NCBI GenBank assembly: GCA_963693365.1
Contig: CAVNZM010000003.1
Coordinates: 7,187,312-7,251,311 of the forward strand
Direction: 5' to 3'
Length of the DNA: 64,000 nt
DNA from: Amoebidium appalachense
Taxonomy: Eukaryota > Protista > Ichthyosporea
The position numbers and the translations under genes were made by a program. A model generated the notes under the pieces. That model searched no databases. It worked only from the letters and a program-made list of their open reading frames with translations, and had not been told where the DNA came from. The stretch's first letter is position 1. Every line of letters begins with the position of its first letter. Positions 60,799-64,000 of this stretch are shown here, piece after piece.

Positions 60799-60836
60799 AA
60801 TCATTTTTATTTACTAACCTAAATATTTTGGTTAAG

Positions 60837-60974
60837 AGCTACTAGTAGGACTTGAAAAGTTCTTACTACTTTAACAGTGCGAACTTGAAAAGTTAGGATT
60901 ACTTTAACAATCCTAACTTGAACCCACATTCTTCGGTTTACAAGACAGATGCTTCACCATTAAGCTACACTAGC
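60837..60974 (-). tRNA. trnT: Mitochondrial-type tRNA-Thr(UGU) in the NUMT, T-loop interrupted by two stacked hairpin inserts
   Basis: The cloverleaf reads GCTAGTG TA GCTT AATGGTG AAGC A TCTGT CTTGTAA ACCGA AGAAT GTGGG TTC[66-nt insert]AAGT CCTAC TAGTAGC. It is probably non-functional in the nucleus. Confidence 0.75.
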
Positions 60975-60982
60975 CATATATA

Positions 60983-61091
60983 AGTTGATAGTAGGACTTG
61001 AAAAGCTCTTACTAATTTAACAGTACGAACTTGAACCTACAACCTATTGATCCGTAGTCAACTATTCTATCCAATTGAACATGATATCAAC
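60983..61091 (-). tRNA. trnR: Mitochondrial-type tRNA-Arg(ACG) in the NUMT, T-loop interrupted by one hairpin insert
   Basis: Acceptor stem GTTGATA/TATCAAC, anticodon arm GTTGA-CTACGGA-TCAAT and T-stem GTAGG/CCTAC, with a 33-nt insert in TTCAAGT. Confidence 0.75.
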
Positions 61092-61102
61092 TATCATCTT
61101 AC

Positions 61103-61140
61103 TGCACCATAGTGGAATCGAACCACTATTATTGACATGA
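61103..61140 (-). pseudogene. 3' half of a further mitochondrial tRNA with an uninterrupted T-arm
   Basis: AGTGG-TTCGATT-CCACT followed by ATGGTGCA. Identity not determinable. Confidence 0.55.
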
Positions 61141-61159
61141 TCATGGAAATCAAGGTGGA

Positions 61160-61422
61160 AAAAGGCTGACAAAGATCTGTGCCAGCAGTCGCGGGAATAC
61201 AGGCAGCTAAAATCTATCACAGTAGAATAGGTGTAAAGGGTGCGTAGACGGTTAATGAATCACGAACAGCAAATGAAAGATTCTGGGCTCGTAGAGTATT
61301 GACTAGAGTTAGAAAGAAGATAATGGAATTTCCAGTGTAGGGATAAAATCTGTTAATATTGGAAGGAACACCGAAGGCGAAGGCAATTATCTGGTTCTAC
61401 ACTGACGTTGAGGCACGAAGGC
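61160..61422 (+). rRNA. rns: NUMT fragment of mitochondrial SSU rRNA (V4 region), degenerate
   Basis: GTGCCAGCAGTCGCGGGAATAC (degenerate 515F motif), GTAAAGGGTGCGTAGACGG, GGAATTTCCAGTGTAG, GGAAGGAACACCGAAGGCGAAGGC and CTGACGTTGAGGCACGAAGGCG. Confidence 0.85.
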
Positions 61423-61601
61423 GAGAAGAAAGAAGAGAGAAAGAAGAAAGTTGGAGTAATAAAGTGTGAATGGAGAAAGCGGAAGAAACAAGTTGAATAA
61501 AGAAAGGATGAAATCAGTGGAAATACTAGTGTGCTAAAATTGAAATGAAACTTACGCATCATTTCAGTAATACACTATGGACTATGTCTTCATCCACACC
61601 A

Positions 61602-61647
<46 letters not shown>

Positions 61648-61844
61648 CCACAGCACACACACACACACATGCCACAGCACACACACACACACAAACGCCA
61701 CACATACACACACACACACATACACACACAACACAAACAAACACAGACACATACACACTCGCGCACTTGTCAAGCACGCACGCACGCGCGCGCACACGCA
61801 CATACACACACATCAACACACACATAAACATAGACACACACGGG

Positions 61845-62046
61845 AACACACACACACACCAACACAAGAAAAGCCCCCCCCCCCCAAAAAAAAAAAAATA
61901 AATAAAAATAAAAATAAAATAAAATAAAATAAAATAAAATAAAATAAAATAAATAAAAATTGAAAATTTTTTTTTACACGAACACAGCGCAGCTGCCTAA
62001 TGTATCACACCAGAACACAGCCCCCCTCCCCCCTCCCCCCTCCCCC

Positions 62047-62077
<31 letters not shown>

Positions 62078-62178
62078 AAATAAATAAATAAAAAATAAAC
62101 CTATATGGACACGCACAGTGCAAACATGGACACACACGGAACACACACACACACACCAACACAAACAAAGCCCTCCCC

Positions 62179-62209
<31 letters not shown>

Positions 62210-62340
62210 AAAATAAAAATAAAAAATAAACAAGAACACAGCGCAGCCACTTATTGTATCACACCAGAGACACAACCCCCCCCCCCCCCCCCCCAAAAAA
62301 AAAAAAAAAAAAAAAAAAACCTATATGGACACGCAGTGAC
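61845..62340. repeat. Compound tandem duplication of short unique motifs separated by poly-C/poly-A runs
   Basis: GAACACAGCGCAGC...TGTATCACACCAGA and AAACCTATATGGACACGCA each occur twice, about 220-255 bp apart. Confidence 0.7.
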
Positions 62341-62387
62341 ACCTTCACGCCCAGTTGAATCGGTATCGCACGCACACACAAACAACA

Positions 62388-62574
<187 letters not shown>

Positions 62575-63219
62575 ACTTGAATTCAGACACACGGTTCCAC
62601 AGGCTCTTAGAAAGTCGGCATGATAAGGCAGAAGCTCTCAGGCAACTCAGGAGAAAATTCAGGAAGAAGCCCAAGGTCAGGGGAATCGGGGACTCGTGCA
62701 AAGGGAGCCGTGGTTCAAAATGGTGTTGTTCGCAGGGGGTAGATGGCAAGCGGCTGGGGATTGGCACGCGCAAAAGAAGATTTTTTTAAAATTTTTATTT
62801 TATCACGTTTGCCCAGCGATGCGGCAGCCTCGCTATATGGGGTTTGAGAGAAAATTACCTTCGCACACGTAGCAGAGTCTGCACTTAACACAAGTAGAGT
62901 GTATAGTCGTTGCACACACACACACGGAGGTGATCAGTCTCTATATGGGTGCAATATACTACCTACTAAGTGTGTACTTATATTAATCGGGCTGCATGCA
63001 CTATCACCTAAGTATCACACAAGTGTTCACACGGTGCTGGAGAGTCTGTGTAACAGTCACTCATCAATATAACTCCCGGTTTATTATGGATTTGTGGCGG
63101 TGTTTACATACTCCGCGGGGGAGCACAACACGGTTGTGCTCTCTAGAAAATACATCGGGTAGAGCACACAGCTAACCGAGCCCTAGTCCGATCCAGACGG
63201 GACTGCAGGCGGTGCGCTC

Positions 63220-63692
63220 CGAGCCAATCAAACGGCAGTGAGCTATCCAGCTACCTCTCCAGCTATTACCCGTAGGGGGCCCCCCGGCAGATTCGGCCTT
63301 CTTCCACAACCGGGCCGTTTGGTTGGCTGGCGCGGGGCCGGGGTTACGTAAGGCGGTGGGGTCGGGGGAGGCCAGACCACGATATGGAGGTTTGGGGGGA
63401 GGCCTGCGCAGGGCCTTACGTAAGCCTTACGTAAGGCGGTCAGGCGGGGGCGGGCGCTAGGTAGAGCACGATACGGAAGGCGTGGGTCTGGGGAGGTTTA
63501 TGTGGCGAATCGGGCTGCGCGGTTGTGAAACTTGCGCTAATGACGTCGTCAGTAGGGAACCAGTCAGATTCTTCGGTCGTGGAAGTTGCAGAAGTGGCCT
63601 CGTGAGCCGTGATAGTGAACCAGTCGGAGGGCCCGGTTGTGAAAGTTAGCTAATGAGCGTTAATTACACCTGTAGCTTGCACAACCGGGCGA
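63220..63692. promoter_or_regulatory. GC-rich motif cluster (CCAAT, three TTACGTAA palindromes, inverted repeats)
   Basis: AGCCAATCAAACGGC (~63222) is inverted with GCCGTTTGGTTGGCT (~63314). TTACGTAA occurs at ~63344, ~63416 and ~63427. GCCCGGTTGTGAAAGTTA (~63631) is inverted with TAGCTTGCACAACCGGGC (~63673). Confidence 0.45.
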
Positions 63693-64000
63693 TACCATTG
63701 GGTAGTGGTTTGAAGTTTTATGATTGGATAAAAACCATTCAATCCTTTTGGCGGGTATATATAAACGTAGATCTGGGGGTAGTATATAATGCAGCAACAC
63801 GATATTTGACGCTCAGTTTTTATAATGCCGCCGAAGCGAAGCAGAGCAAAGCAGAAGAAAGTTGTACAGCCTCCTTGTGGTACTAGTGAATATGCAGTTG
63901 CGAGCATAAGCCTGAACATAACCAATGCGGGTGGGAATGTGCGATACCATTTGGTAGGCCTTTTGAATGAAATGGTTGGGTAGGAATCACGGTATTTGTC

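Noticed and set aside
61160-61422. Bacterial 16S contamination or endosymbiont insert
   Set aside because: The fragment is AT-rich, degenerate at universally conserved positions and embedded with atp6/nad2 and mitochondrial-type tRNAs. A NUMT is more parsimonious.
62580-62790. Basic peptide RHDKAEALRQLRRKFRKKPKVRG as an exon
   Set aside because: No recognisable homology, start codon or consistent splice partners; it cannot be supported.

Overview
Intron-dense eukaryotic nuclear DNA, probably from a unicellular opisthokont/holozoan (inferred from gene content and a TGA=Trp mitochondrial insert). Introns are packed with (CA)n/(TG)n and poly-C/poly-G tracts, so almost all listed ORFs are artefacts. 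Manual exon assembly gives: a 5'-partial TMEM134-like gene (+), an HspBP1/Fes1 nucleotide-exchange factor with a SIL1-like N-terminal motif (-), RPL10 (+), LMBRD2 (+), an intronless 616-aa protein with a duplicated CxxC module (-), an unknown multi-pass membrane protein (+), a NO66/RIOX1 JmjC oxygenase whose first exon resembles a pipsqueak HTH plus AT-hook (-), and PEN-2 (+). The last 4.5 kb holds a 263-bp inverted-repeat element and a mosaic NUMT (nad2, atp6, tRNAs, SSU rRNA). The most unusual signals are (1) a 30-bp covarying hairpin element inserted site-specifically, and once stacked, in the T-loops of mitochondrial tRNA genes, (2) the HTH/AT-hook-NO66 fusion, (3) a probable U2-type AT-AC intron in PEN-2, and (4) acceptors built on (AC)n or G-runs instead of polypyrimidine tracts. 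All homologies were recognised by eye; no searches were run, and exon edges may be off by a few bases.
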